Source of the DNA: Neoechinorhynchus agilis
Lineage: Eukaryota; Animalia; Acanthocephala
DNA length: 35,245 nt
NCBI GenBank assembly: GCA_051530055.1
Contig: JBMGUZ010000022.1
Location: 1 to 35,245 of the forward strand
Direction: 5' to 3'
Within the stretch, counting starts at the first letter, position 1. Each line of letters opens with the position of its first letter. The translations under genes and the position numbers were made by a program. The notes below the pieces were generated by a model. That model was given only the letters and a program-made list of their open reading frames with translations, was not told where the DNA came from and ran no database searches. Positions 10,290-20,954 of this stretch are shown here, one piece after another.

Positions 10290-11601
10290 CGATAGAAAGT
10301 CCTTCGGGATAATAAAATTACACTTTCGGTGGGAATAATCCCGGTCATTACATATTTTATTTATCCGAAATATTTCGCGAGGTATCCTCGCCTCTTCAGT
10401 CATCTAAAAATAGGTTTTCCATATTACGATTTTTGCTCGAGTGCGTGGGATCGCCAAACCCGAAGTTCAGGGACCAATTACCCGCTCGTGTTTCGTTTTT
10501 TGTTTTTCCATTGATTTTTTTTATATTGATTTTTATCACGTCGCTGGCTGGAAGTTTCAAGCTAAAATTAGCTTTATTTCCCTCCATTGTGTTTAACGCA
10601 GCGATGTGCAAAGCCTCTAAAACCAGGCGCCTTTTTAAGATTTGTTCCTTTTCCAGGAAGTTGGTGCCATTAAAATCAGCGCGATGCTTAAAAGTCTCTT
10701 GATGATTTGAGATTGCCGAAGAATGCTCAAATCGAATGCAAGCTTGCTTATGTTGCGAGACCCTCTTCTTGATGCCCTGCATCGTTTGTCCGATGTAGAC
10801 TTGTTCACAGTGCATTCTATAGATCCCATGAGTCGACTCAGTTTTACTCTTCCTCTTGAATGTGCATCTGAGGGCGATTCCTTTATTGTTATAGAGACGA
10901 GTTCCAGCCTTCTTACTCATAATGGAGTAGATCATTTGATTTGTTTCATCATCATCAATGAAGTTCACTTTTTCGAAGTGGTTGTTGTGTGGATGGTACT
11001 TCCTGCTTTTGATTCCGCGGTCTATAATCCATTTAGGATATCGCCTCATTTTTAGCTCCTGGACTATCCTCTCCCTTCCTTTATTCCACGCCAATCGAGT
11101 GGATGAGATAAGAGAGGCTCTTCGGAAGTATGAAGATACCGCCGAGATTTTATGCCTTATCGGTTGGTGGCTTGACCAGTATCCCCATGGTAGGTTACGA
11201 AAAAGTGAGGTGCTAACTTTGCCTTGTGATGAGCGCTTGACAAGGACGTCCAGGAAGGAGACCTCACCGTCGATGCCCTCTTCATTGACTGTCCACTGCA
11301 TGTGTGAATCTTGACTGTTAAGTTCAGCATTTAGTAAATCTTCGTTGTGGTTTGAATCAGTCAGAATGAATACATCGTCCACATAACGCCACCACCGATT
11401 TACATGACTATTGGTCTATAGAAACGAGTTCCAGCCCTCTTACTCATACTGGAGTAGATCATCTGATTTGAACGATGCAGGGCATTAAGAAGAGGGTCTC
11501 GCAACATAAGCAAGCTTGCATTCGATTTGAGCATTCTTAGGCAATCTCAAATCATCAAGAGACTTTTAAGCCAAGGTGCTGTTATTCTCACCGAAAGTGT
11601 A
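10290..11601 (-). mobile_element. 5'-truncated Penelope-like retroelement (RT C-terminus, GIY-YIG endonuclease, hammerhead-bearing 3' repeat, rearranged 5' end)
   Basis: RWWRYVDD (YVDD at 11385-11374), VSFLDVLV, HQPIRHKISAVSSYFRRA, GIYRMHCEQVYIGQT...KKRVSQHK...SAISNH...RRLVLEALHI. 11471-11571 is an inverted copy of 10686-10786. TSD ATTATACT(C/T)TCCAT at 10276-10289 and 11602-11615. Confidence 0.9.
10353..10412 (-). ncRNA. Minimal type I hammerhead of the Penelope terminal repeat
   Basis: Minus strand: TGA-CTGAAGA-G-GCGAGG ATA CCTCGC-GAA-ATAT-T-TCG, plus a distal TATTTT/AAAATA helix. Same sequence as 20601-20660. Confidence 0.65.
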
Positions 11602-13420
11602 ATTATACTTTCCATTGCCAAATAGATTCCATAGACACAATTTAGTCAAACTAATCAAGTAAACGTATTAACTTTAAATTAATTTCAATTCCAAATTGCC
11701 TTTAATGGTTACCATCAATTTAGATTTTGGGAATGTATGAAATAAACATGTAAAATTAATAATTATTTTACTTGCAATAATCGACTTTTGATGCACAGAT
11801 CGACGAACTTTTCTGTGATTTCCAAATTGTTTAACCCGTATTACCGTCATTATCCGAATTCGGATATTAAAATAAGAATCCACTGAGAGCTGCCAAACGA
11901 ATAGCTTCTGAAACTTTAAGCCTGCTTTAACAACGTACTCACTTCCTTTCAATATTAGCCATATGACAACTTCATTTGAGCGCAATGACATAATCCTCGA
12001 TTTCCAACAAACTCCATTTCCTGAGCTCAATCACACTTTCTTATCTACAAAGTTTCACCACGTACCTTATTGTCTAGTATAAGTCCAATTTCCTTTTGAC
12101 GAGATAGTAACAGTTAAAAACCTCAGACACTTGCTTGATAAATTAACTCGTAGAGATTAAACCAGAAGCGTAAATTTACCTTCCGTTTTTAATCGTAAAA
12201 TTTAATATCGCAAGTTATTTCACATTAAATCTATTATTAGAGTAGAAACTGATTACATTTTGGGCCAGCAAGGCAATTCTGGGTCCTATCGTATTAAATA
12301 TGTTTTATCACAATCACGACTCAATTTGTTTGATCGCTTTTGAACTATACGTACGTCAGAATTCGTAAATGATTTTCAATCTTTCAATACTCAGTAAGAT
12401 CGACATGCAAATGGATTACTCGAAATCTCTTAGATGCATATCCGTTTATGATGAAGAAAACCGGATCAGCAACCTTTTCTCCAATCACTTACTTTAATCA
12501 AATTCGTCACGTCCTTGAACATTAAATATCGATAGATCCATTCACGTTTAGAATCGAATTTCCACTAAATATTTTCTCAAGTCGATCAAAACCACATTAC
12601 TCTCCACAAGGTTTACAATCAGATGACTGCTCCCTGTATATTTGTTATAAAAAAGACTTCGATTGTTGGATAGATTGCACCAAGCAACCTCATACGTTCT
12701 TTTGAATATTTTAGTTTAAGCTGAGATCGTAAGAAAATAATGGCGACAAATAAAGCGCCAATAGCCATTTTACGAAATTTTATATTCAAATTTTTTGAAT
12801 GCATAACATGGAGGCGTTCGCGATGAAAATTTGAACCATTGATCAAATTACACTCATCGACTTATATCGCGTATCTGTAAAATATATTGCGCAAACTATA
12901 AAAAAAACAATTTTGTATGGAACTTCGAGTATTATTAAAAAAAATAGCATGCTTAATTTACAAACTTAAAAAGTTGGTAGCCATAATATATTTAAGGCAA
13001 TTCCAAGGTTTTCCTCTTCATTTAAATTTAAAATGTCTACAATTCTAAAGCAGCAGCGGCATGGATTTATATTTGAAAGTAGTTGATTTGACTCCTCTGG
13101 AGGATAAACCCACTGTTTGTTTGTCAACAATTTACAATGGAAAATAATTCGAATGCAGGGTTCGTTTTATTAGTACATCCTAGAAACAATTTAGGATAAA
13201 TTGACTTTGGTGCATTTACTCGCTCCTTAGACGCTTATGAACGTATAAGAAATTCGACCAGCGTTTTATTTTCTACGGTATTGTCCAACGATTGATTGTG
13301 GACATAGTCCAAAGCACTTATTGGCTGATCATCAAGCATACGAATTGGATGAGCCAACTGTGGTACCCAACATACGCACAAAGACTGGGTTAGGCAATGA
13401 GTGGAGCATAGTAATTTTGA

Positions 13421-13858
13421 TTATGGTTTATGTTGCGACCCTGGACTCGGTGTTGCATGAACAGTAAGGTCCTGTTTATCCTGCGATTGGAAAAGTGATT
13501 TCCAGCTTGTGATTTCATCTCGTAGTTCATCCCTTAGTTGCCCACGGTCGCATTGGTCACATATCTTCTGAAGCTACAGTATCGGCCAAAAAGTTAGCTA
13601 ATTCGCTTTCATATTTACCTGAGTCAGCTCTTGCTGTAGGGCAAATATTGCCTTTTCGCGGTCGGCAACCAATTCTTCTAAATACTCATATCGCAATTTT
13701 TTCCTAGCTCGGCACTCGCGTGCGCTTTGTCGACTTTTTTCTAGTTTGAACGATGTTGCCGTAGTATTGGTTCCATCGAAATGTCCACCAGAGGCATTCA
13801 TCCCAGTGACGCGACCGGCGCGGCACGAATTCGGGTGTTGCTGCTGTTGACTGCTCAT
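13421..13858 (-). CDS. CREBL2: CREBL2/REPTOR-BP-like bZIP protein; exons 13858-13619 and 13573-13421 (130 aa)
   Basis: KLEKSRQSARECRARKKLRYEYLEELVADREKAIFALQQEL is the CREBL2 bZIP signature. A 45-nt intron (GTAAAT...CTAAC...TGTAG, 13618-13574) joins LQKICDQCDRGQL, which parallels CREBL2 YKQWCMAMDQGKI. Confidence 0.9.
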
Positions 13859-14594
13859 ATTGTAAAAGTAGTTTTGTGTTAAAATACGCGAAGGAAACTT
13901 AACAAGTGCGATGGTGTTAACTATCTCAGGATTTACGAAGATACCTGGCGCGTGATCGTCAGTCCCGTTTCGTTAATTACCCGTACTAATTAAGGCTGCT
14001 GAAGAGGTAGTTCTAAATACACGGATTTTCAATCAAAAGATCGGACTCGGAGCTCAATTCTTTTCACAAAGTTATTGATATTATCAGCGTTCGATGTGCG
14101 ATGTGAGTGTAGGTGTGAGTGAATGCCACTCATCGCAGGGGACTGCACGTATTCAAACTTGTCTGTCTCTCTCAACAACTCAAAGGATTCGGATAATGAG
14201 CACAGGGCGAGATGATGCGTGAAGTGAGTGAAGCGTGTGGCGCGCTGTAAGAAGGGAACTATGCGCCGTTTCTACAACAACAGCAATCGTTGCTCCGCCG
14301 CCGCCGCCGCAGACTGTCGGGCTTCTAAAACTCATAGACAAGAAGTGTTGTCTTTTAGGCAACTTCGTAGAATGAGTGAGCGAATGCGGAACTAAGGTTT
14401 GGTCGCATCATTACAACAATATCCAGGCAAAATTCAAAGTGACCCTGTGAATCCTATCGAGAAACGTGCTTCCTCGGAACTGAAAATGTGCTCGGCGCCA
14501 ACGACACGTATCCATCATAGGTTGTCAAACAACAGTCATTTGTCATTTGAACCGAATTAGACGTGTTCATGGCTTTTCATTCTGACTGCAAATA

Positions 14595-14888
14595 TTTATT
14601 TATCACGTAGCCTCAAACAGTTTTTAGTTCGCATTCACTCAGGGTCTTACGACGTCTTCTTTTGGGCCTCTCGGTTATATTCCTTTTTGCGAGCCTTTCG
14701 GCTGACTTGCACACATCGGAGGCGCTTAGCCGCACTCGAAGGGACAGGGCGAACCCACTTTGGGGCCAATGGGTGATCTCAAACCTGACCCCACCATTTT
14801 CAGCAGCCTCGCACACCCGTGGGACCCAGCGGCCGGTGGCGTTGAACCATCATCGAACGCGCGCATCACTCGGCCACTGGGCCCTACC
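14595..14888 (-). mobile_element. tRNA-headed SINE, copy A (internal deletion in the head)
   Basis: A-box TGGCCGAGTGA and B-box GGTTCAACGCC on the minus strand. Body closely matches 24215-24459. ATAAATAAAT tail. GCAAATA repeat at 14588-14594 and 14889-14895. Confidence 0.75.
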
Positions 14889-14984
14889 GCAAATACCTGC
14901 AATCCACTTCAACACATCTACTGCATTGAATCCATACTCTTTTGTTTGTTTACTCTTATCAACCCGCATTTTATTCACCATCTC

Positions 14985-15427
14985 TTTTTATAGCGAATTA
15001 TCAAATAATTGATAATTTTCGGCCCTCGCGTCTTCTTTAGTCTATTACTTGTAAGTCATCGATAGAGAAAATCCTTCGGGTTATTTGAAATATAATTTTG
15101 ATGAGAATACTTCAGAGGTAATAGCATATTTGATTTATTGGCGATATTTCGAAGGAGGTAACCTCGCCTCATAGAGTGAAAAAGCTTGCGAAACAATGAC
15201 TGATGAGGCGAGGTTACCTCCTTCGAAATATCGCCAATAAATCAAATGTGCTATTACCTCTGAAGTATTTTCACCAAAATTATATATTACTTGTAAGTTT
15301 TTAGAAATACTCACATATTTAAAAACTTATAAAAAAACAACAACTTACAAGTCCTACGCAAAGGCCGAAAAATTATCAATTATTTGATAATTCGCTATAA
15401 AAAAGTAAATGATGAACATCTTTACAA
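14985..15427. mobile_element. Outer foldback insertion with 13-bp TSD and decayed minimal hammerhead
   Basis: Arms about 14985-15031 / 15356-15403. TATTCACCATCTC at 14972-14984 and 15428-15440. Minus strand of the left arm reads TAATAGA-CTAAAGA-A-GACGCGAGGGCC-GAA-AATT-A-TCAATTA. Confidence 0.7.
15057..15284. mobile_element. Inner (nested) hammerhead foldback insertion with 14-bp TSD
   Basis: 82-bp arms 15091-15172 / 15203-15284. TATTACTTGTAAGT at 15043-15056 and 15285-15298. CTGATGA-GGCGAGGTTACCTCCTTC-GAA-ATAT-C at 15200-15232. Carries the Penelope terminal motif CCCGAAGGATTTTCTCTATCGATG on the minus strand. Confidence 0.8.
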
Positions 15428-15816
15428 TATTCACCATCTCGCTTACTATGAATGCACTTCATGCCCTTAGCGTTATAAAAAGTCATTGGAAAAAATAGTC
15501 AACGTGGAGCTGTTTAAAATTTATGTGGACGTTAAAAAGTCCAATTCATAAGGTAAATTGATTTTCTATCAGAATAAACAACAAAAATGTCGTTTCTGGA
15601 AGCTATTTCATTCTTAACCCTCTTTCGGACACAAACGAAGTGATCGTACACCGAGTGGTGTGCAAAATGGGAAATGCTGGATTTTTATGGTTGAGTTTGG
15701 TAAAGAGACTAAGAATTATTTATTGCCAATGTTTCATATGGATTACTGCATTCGAAGCTTCGTCGCAGAATTAATTCAAGTTGCCGTTTCTGAGTGAGAC
15801 CGATAAAAAGAAAAGT

Positions 15817-16041
15817 AGTTATATTGTGTTTAGAAGTCTACACTAGCGGTGAATGGTTTTTCGATTAAAGACGTTGTGCGAACCTCGTCGGGTTCATCAT
15901 CTCAGCTTGTTTGTTAGTAATATGATGAACCCGACGAGGTTCGCAGAACGTTTTTAATCGAAAAAACCATTTACCACGGGTGTAGACTTCTAAACACAAT
16001 AATTCCAATCACATTCCCCCGGTACCTCCTCACATATTGAC
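15817..16041. mobile_element. Foldback insertion (second hammerhead family, decayed core) with 12-bp TSD
   Basis: Arms 15822-15900 / 15922-16001. AAAAAGAAAAGT at 15805-15816 and 16042-16053. Homologous to the hammerhead unit at 34305-34430. Confidence 0.75.
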
Positions 16042-16174
16042 AAAAAGAAAAGTGAAAAACCTTCTAATAGTCTTGTTAAAATATATGATTTGAGTTTCAT
16101 CGCATGAATGAAGGAGAGTGTGATTGATTGTCTCAGAAATTCTATAGATGCCTTTTGTACACACCTAATGATTT

Positions 16175-17618
16175 TTATTGTTGCTGGACATTATCGCTAC
16201 TACTTGAGTCTGTCATGTCGGACGAATCCATAGGAGTAACAGAATTGCTACTCTGTTCGGATCCTTCATTTCCAAAACTTGACGTAGAGTACGTTTCGGC
16301 AATTTCATCATGGCTCAAATTAAGTTGAGAGACACATATACTTGAAGATTGCTGTTGTTGTTGCTTACCATCTAAAGCATCCATATCGGCAATGAATGCC
16401 TCAATTTCGCACCGTTTTCGCTTATAGCCCGCCATTTTTTCTCGCATTCCCGGGAGCACTAGGCAATTAAATCGGTAAATTGCTGATGAGGACCATAGAG
16501 ACCGTTTGATCTTGAGCGTTATAATTCCATCTCTTCTACAAAATCGCTCTACTGAAGCATAGCCGAGGAAATAAAGTCTGCTTGACCACAACTTCAAATC
16601 ACGACTGGATATGCTAGTAGCTACATTGGTACTTAAAGAATCTAGAGATAATGGGCAACAACACAGTGCCACTTTAGTAGATTTGATCATGGAGGTCATC
16701 AGGAAGCGTCGAGGGCATTGCTTACCCGGACGTTCAAACGAATATACGTTTACATGTTTAATATTAAACCTTATACGAGCATGGCGTTCACGAATGAGAT
16801 TTCCATTTAGAGCCATAAATTGAGAATTAAATACCTTTAAATTCTCTAGATTTTCTATCGGTTTAAGGTTAATCGTTTTGATATTACTACGGTTCTCATA
16901 AATATCATCCTGTCGATAGGAGGTTGCAGCAAATTTGATTTTTAGGTTAGGATTGATTAAATTTTCCAATGTTTTCAATATCTCGATTCCGAATCCATGC
17001 ATCCAACCCATTGTGTTCACTAACATTGGGAACGGGGCTTGTTCCAAAAGACGTGCAGCAGTCTTAATCAATGATTCACACACCCTGATATAATGATCGA
17101 AGCATTCAAATACATTATCGTAACCAACAAATAACGTAGCCAGAGTATCAAGTTGCGAGCTTCCACCGTTCTCGGTCAGGGAAAACTCATTAAAGTAAAA
17201 CGGACTTCGGACCTCGCTCAATGAAATGTTCCCTGGTGGAGTGAACATGCTCTTACCAGGATCAAGATCTAACACCCGAACACAGGAGAAGTGACTTAAC
17301 AAAGAGTTAGCGGCCAAACGCACAAAAGTCGATTTTCCCATTTGACGATATCCACAAACCATGACACGAAATGACGGATTTAGCAATGCTCCGTAGCATA
17401 TATCGTTTATGATAGCTGAAGCCATTTTCTCGCTGAGAGACAATTCTAGCCATGAACGAGGAACATCAGCCGAGTATTTACTACAACTTATGATCAAATC
17501 AACTGGACACCGATAAGAGCGTATACTTCCTTGAACTGGGCCGTAGGTTACGTTTCGTTGAAGCCGATGGCAGTACATAAAACAAGATCCAGTATTCTGA
17601 TCGGACAATTTTATTCAT
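16175..17618 (-). CDS. NOL9: Polynucleotide 5'-hydroxyl kinase NOL9/Grc3 (Clp1 family); probable exons 17618-17552 and 17502-16175
   Basis: P-loop RVMVCGYRQMGKSTFVRLAANSLL, Walker-B-like VLDLDPGKSMFTPPGNISL, MLVNTMGW, and C-terminal LGYASVERF...FNCLVLPG. A 49-nt GTAACC...CCAG intron (17551-17503) brings the ATG at 17618 into frame. Confidence 0.9.
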
Positions 17619-17799
17619 GGACGCTTTCAAAACCAAGAATAAACGAAAAAAAAACGAATTTCATTGTTTGTGTACAATGTTTACAGCCAGCAACTATGTA
17701 ATAATGTTTTAATGGAACATTAATTAAAATATACTTTCATTTGAAATATTTAGCGACGAGGTGTCATCTAAAAATGAGTTTTACACATTAAGGTTTTAT

Positions 17800-18050
17800 G
17801 CTCGAGTGCGCGAGATCGCCAAACCCGAAGTTCGGCGACTAATTATCCGCTCGAACCCTTTCAACAAAAGTGCGCCTTGATCAACCCGAAGGATTTTCTC
17901 TATCGATGATTAACCAGCCTTATGGTGAAAACTGCTTAGGAGCTATCCTTCAACTTGTAAAACTAGAGACCAACCAAATATGTTATGACATGGGGAATAT
18001 TTTCACCAAAAGTATACTTTGATTAACCCGAAGGATTTTATCTGCCCATG
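17800..18050. mobile_element. Penelope-like element remnants
   Basis: 17800-17853 matches 10434-10490. Terminal motif CCCGAAGGATTTT(CTCTATCGATG) at about 17884-17907, with a second, decayed copy at about 18027. Confidence 0.7.
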
Positions 18051-18266
18051 AATAATCAAAATGTTGAATTGTGGTGATCATAATCCCACCCACGGATAAA
18101 ACACAACGAGGGGACGCTGAATCCGTCCTTTCGACCGTTACACCAGGACGGCAGCTGAGTGATCCGGAGCGGTGGTGTGAATGATCTTATGGCTTAAAAT
18201 AAAGTTCCCATGGTTTAATTGATTAGAAGTGTTATCTAGAAGTTTTCTCCCGATAAAGGATTTTTT

Positions 18267-18372
18267 CGATTATAGAAGCTTCGAACCTCACCGGGCTCGT
18301 CATCAGTTCTAAAAATCGGGTATGATCAACCCTATGAAGTTCGCAGAAAGTTTTTAATACTTTACCGGGTCG
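18267..18372 (-). mobile_element. Degenerate foldback with family-2 hammerhead
   Basis: Minus strand: CGATTTTTAGAA-CTGATGA-C-GAGCC CGGTGA GGTTC-GAAGC-TTCTATAATCG, with A15.1 lost. Decayed inverted arm at about 18321-18372. Confidence 0.55.
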
Positions 18373-18685
18373 ACATGTTCAACAAAATATGTATTATTCG
18401 GGGGGAGCGAGGGATTTTCTCTAGATGGTTGATCCAAATGCCGATATCGAAATATGGAGCAATGCGATTGCGAATTGTACAGTGTTTTCCTTTTGCGTAG
18501 TGAGATCGGTGAAGTTTGCAAAATTAGAATTCAAGATTATCCTAAAAAGGCGAGAAAATGCAAACTCGAATTGAAGGAAAAATCATTATTTTTGAGAAAA
18601 TTTAAGTTAAAGGGTCAAAAGGATGCCCTACGCCACTGTTAAATTTACAAGAAAATGAACAAATTCAGTATTGATTGTCACAAAC

Positions 18686-18772
18686 TAGCACCGGGTGGGA
18701 ATTGCGAATGATTTTTTCGATTAAAGACGTTCCAATCACATTCCCCGGTACCTCCTCGCACATATCGGCATT
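18686..18772. repeat. Remnant of the family-2 hammerhead element
   Basis: Matches 15843-15875 (TTTTCGATTAAAGACGTT) joined to 16005-16035 (CCAATCACATTCCCCGGTACCTCCTC). Confidence 0.6.
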
Positions 18773-20536
18773 TTTAGCACCGGATAAATATTCCACTTGT
18801 TAAAGTGTATGAAGATTTTTAACTTTATCCCGGACTTCGTTCATAGGAAAAAATATAGTGCAAAATCGCTGAATCTATGAAATCGTCGAGTACAATATAA
18901 CTTTAATTAAAAATACACGATTTAAAAGCGCCAAGTTACTTTTCGAGGATATGACAGATAAACAGTACATTGAACTTTCAATATTACCTTTAAATCATCT
19001 GATGGCAATTTAAAGACTTCAATAAGGTCGCAAATATCGGAACCTGTAGGTCCATTGACTTTGAAACCCATTTGCTTCAATGTCTTGTGGGTAATCGGTA
19101 TCCTGCACTCGTTAAATTTAAAAGTACTGATCATTAAATTCACATCGAAAGGTTGAACCTCTAGAACTTCATCACGGAACATCTCAGTAGAAGAAATCGA
19201 ATCCGACATGCAAAATTGCAATAATTTGAAACAATTCATAATTACGATCAAAACGTAGAGATTCTTTCCGATTATCCTCTCAAGAATACCAATTAAACTC
19301 GAAATCGAGAAAATCAACGACTCATGTAGATGAGTTGTAGAATCGCTCCCATTTTTGGACTGTTTGAAAAGGTTGCTACATTCAATAAATCAAATTAAGG
19401 TGGAAGGATATAAGAACCGTCGTCAAGACTTTTTATGAGTAGCGTCCAAAGCAATCAAGATATTCATCGATTTGGTGCCGACTGAATTTCCAGGGAGACG
19501 AACATCTCTTGGGGAAGAAATATTCTTACTTTTTTGTCTAACTCAGAAGATTCGCTTAGATATGTTGATATCCGACCATTTCTGAACGAGAGATGAAACC
19601 AGCACGAGCGGAAGCTTCCATGGTAGATGCTTAGTTTTAGATTTCCAATCTCGACTGATATCAGACGCTCTTAAATTAATACGTCAAAGTTTACGGGGTT
19701 AAAAATCAAGATTTTCCCACAATCTCTAGAATGTCATCTACAAACGAAGCGTTTATCATAGAGCCTCACCAACCGGCCGCTTATCGCCGGGGTCAAAAAC
19801 GTTTTGGGGGCCCCTTTCGTGGAATACGAAGCGAAGAAAGTTATCCGTTTCTTATCGAAATCTAATTGGAATCGTGCCCTACTCTAAACAAGTATGTCCA
19901 GAAATTAGATGGAACAGCGTCCCCGATTTCCTTTACCTCATCATTTGCCTTTATTGAAAAGTTTAGATCACAATCTGAGGACTGGATTAAAAAGATTGAA
20001 GTTTAACGAAGTGATCTTGAATGTTTTACCTAAAAGTTCGTTGTGCTCGGAGTTCTACATAATCAAATCATCTTCCGTGCGAAGATAAACAACTGATTGG
20101 GTTTATGCCAAAGGCTTGAGCCATCACGCTCTCGGCCTGAGACACAGATCCAAATAAGTCGTCGAATTATTCGAGGAGAAAGTGGGGTATTGAGATGAAA
20201 TAATCTCGATCGAGACAGTAGACCTGATCGCTCATTTCAAACACTTTGATGAAGGCTCATTAAGGTCAACGAAGACGAAATTTACTCCTGAATTCAAAAT
20301 ATTTCTTTAGAGCTCTTTCGTTTGTGGTATATGAACTTTACGAAGCCGAATTTAGATATTGCTGACCAAAACGTTCCTTCCACAGTACAAGAACCAAAAG
20401 AAAAAGTATGGGAAGTAGAAGGAGGCTAATTGGGAGATTAGTCGGGATTGAAAATTAGTTTGAAAAGGGATAAAATTCCATTCAACCATCATCAGCGACT
20501 GAGGGTGTAACAGAAATCCCGAAATGATCTTATAAT

Positions 20537-20723
20537 TACACTTTCTGTGAGAATAATCCAGGTCATTACATGTTTTATTTATTCGAAATATTTCGCGAGG
20601 TATTTTTAGATGACTGAAGAGGCGAGGATACCTCGCGAAATATTTCGGATAAATAAAATATGTAATGACCGGGATTATTCCCACCGAAGGTGTAATTTTA
20701 TTATCCCGAAGGACTTTCTATCG
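20537..20723 (+). mobile_element. Non-coding Penelope-derived foldback insertion with 13-bp TSD
   Basis: Arms about 20534-20603 / 20628-20699. ATGATCTTATAAT at 20524-20536 and 20724-20736. The sense arm is nearly identical to the 3' repeat of the Penelope element (10287-10412). Confidence 0.85.
20601..20660 (+). ncRNA. Minimal type I hammerhead
   Basis: CTGAAGA 20614-20620, extra G, 6-bp stem II GCGAGG/CCTCGC, GAA 20637-20639, palindrome ATAT, U17 at 20644, stem I TGA/TCG plus distal TATTTT/AAAATA. Confidence 0.65.
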
Positions 20724-20954
20724 ATGATCTTATAATGAATTACAAGAGGGAGATCGTTTAATGAATAGGCTGACTCTGTTACCCACGCAGCAATGAAATA
20801 TTCAATTTGAAAAGCGTGTTGCATATTCGGAAATTCAAGGACCGACGACCACATAATCGCCAACAATCAATGCAACCGCCATAAAATTCTGACAATTCGA
20901 AGGCTCAGTTCTGTAAGAAAATCTCGACTTAAAACAAGCAGCAAACTGCGTTCA

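Noticed and set aside
10329-10514. Repeated small ORF MGIIPVITYFIYPKYFARY (also 20352-20684)
   Set aside because: It is the antisense reading of the hammerhead-bearing Penelope repeat.
11674-12850. Short ORFs and exon-like pieces on both strands
   Set aside because: No consistent spliced frame or recognisable domain; left unresolved.
14613-15012. ORFs in both SINE copies (also 24190-24617)
   Set aside because: GC-rich repeat sequence yields open frames on both strands; there is no protein motif.
16483-16489. CTGATGA on the strand opposite NOL9
   Set aside because: No stem II or GAAA follows; a chance match in coding DNA.
16627-16710. In-frame 54-nt GTAAGC...AAG intron in NOL9
   Set aside because: The encoded segment aligns by eye with the conserved NOL9 region before VALC, so it is probably exonic.
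17552-17608. ORF-track NOL9 N-terminus MSDQNTGSC from a TTG start
   Set aside because: Better explained by the ATG at 17618 plus a 49-nt intron.
7705-20736. Foldbacks as classical MITEs, or repeats as a CRISPR array
   Set aside because: The inverted arms are asymmetric with a one-sided tail, TSD length varies (10-14 bp), and several are homologous to a retroelement end. There is no repeat-spacer periodicity and no cas gene.
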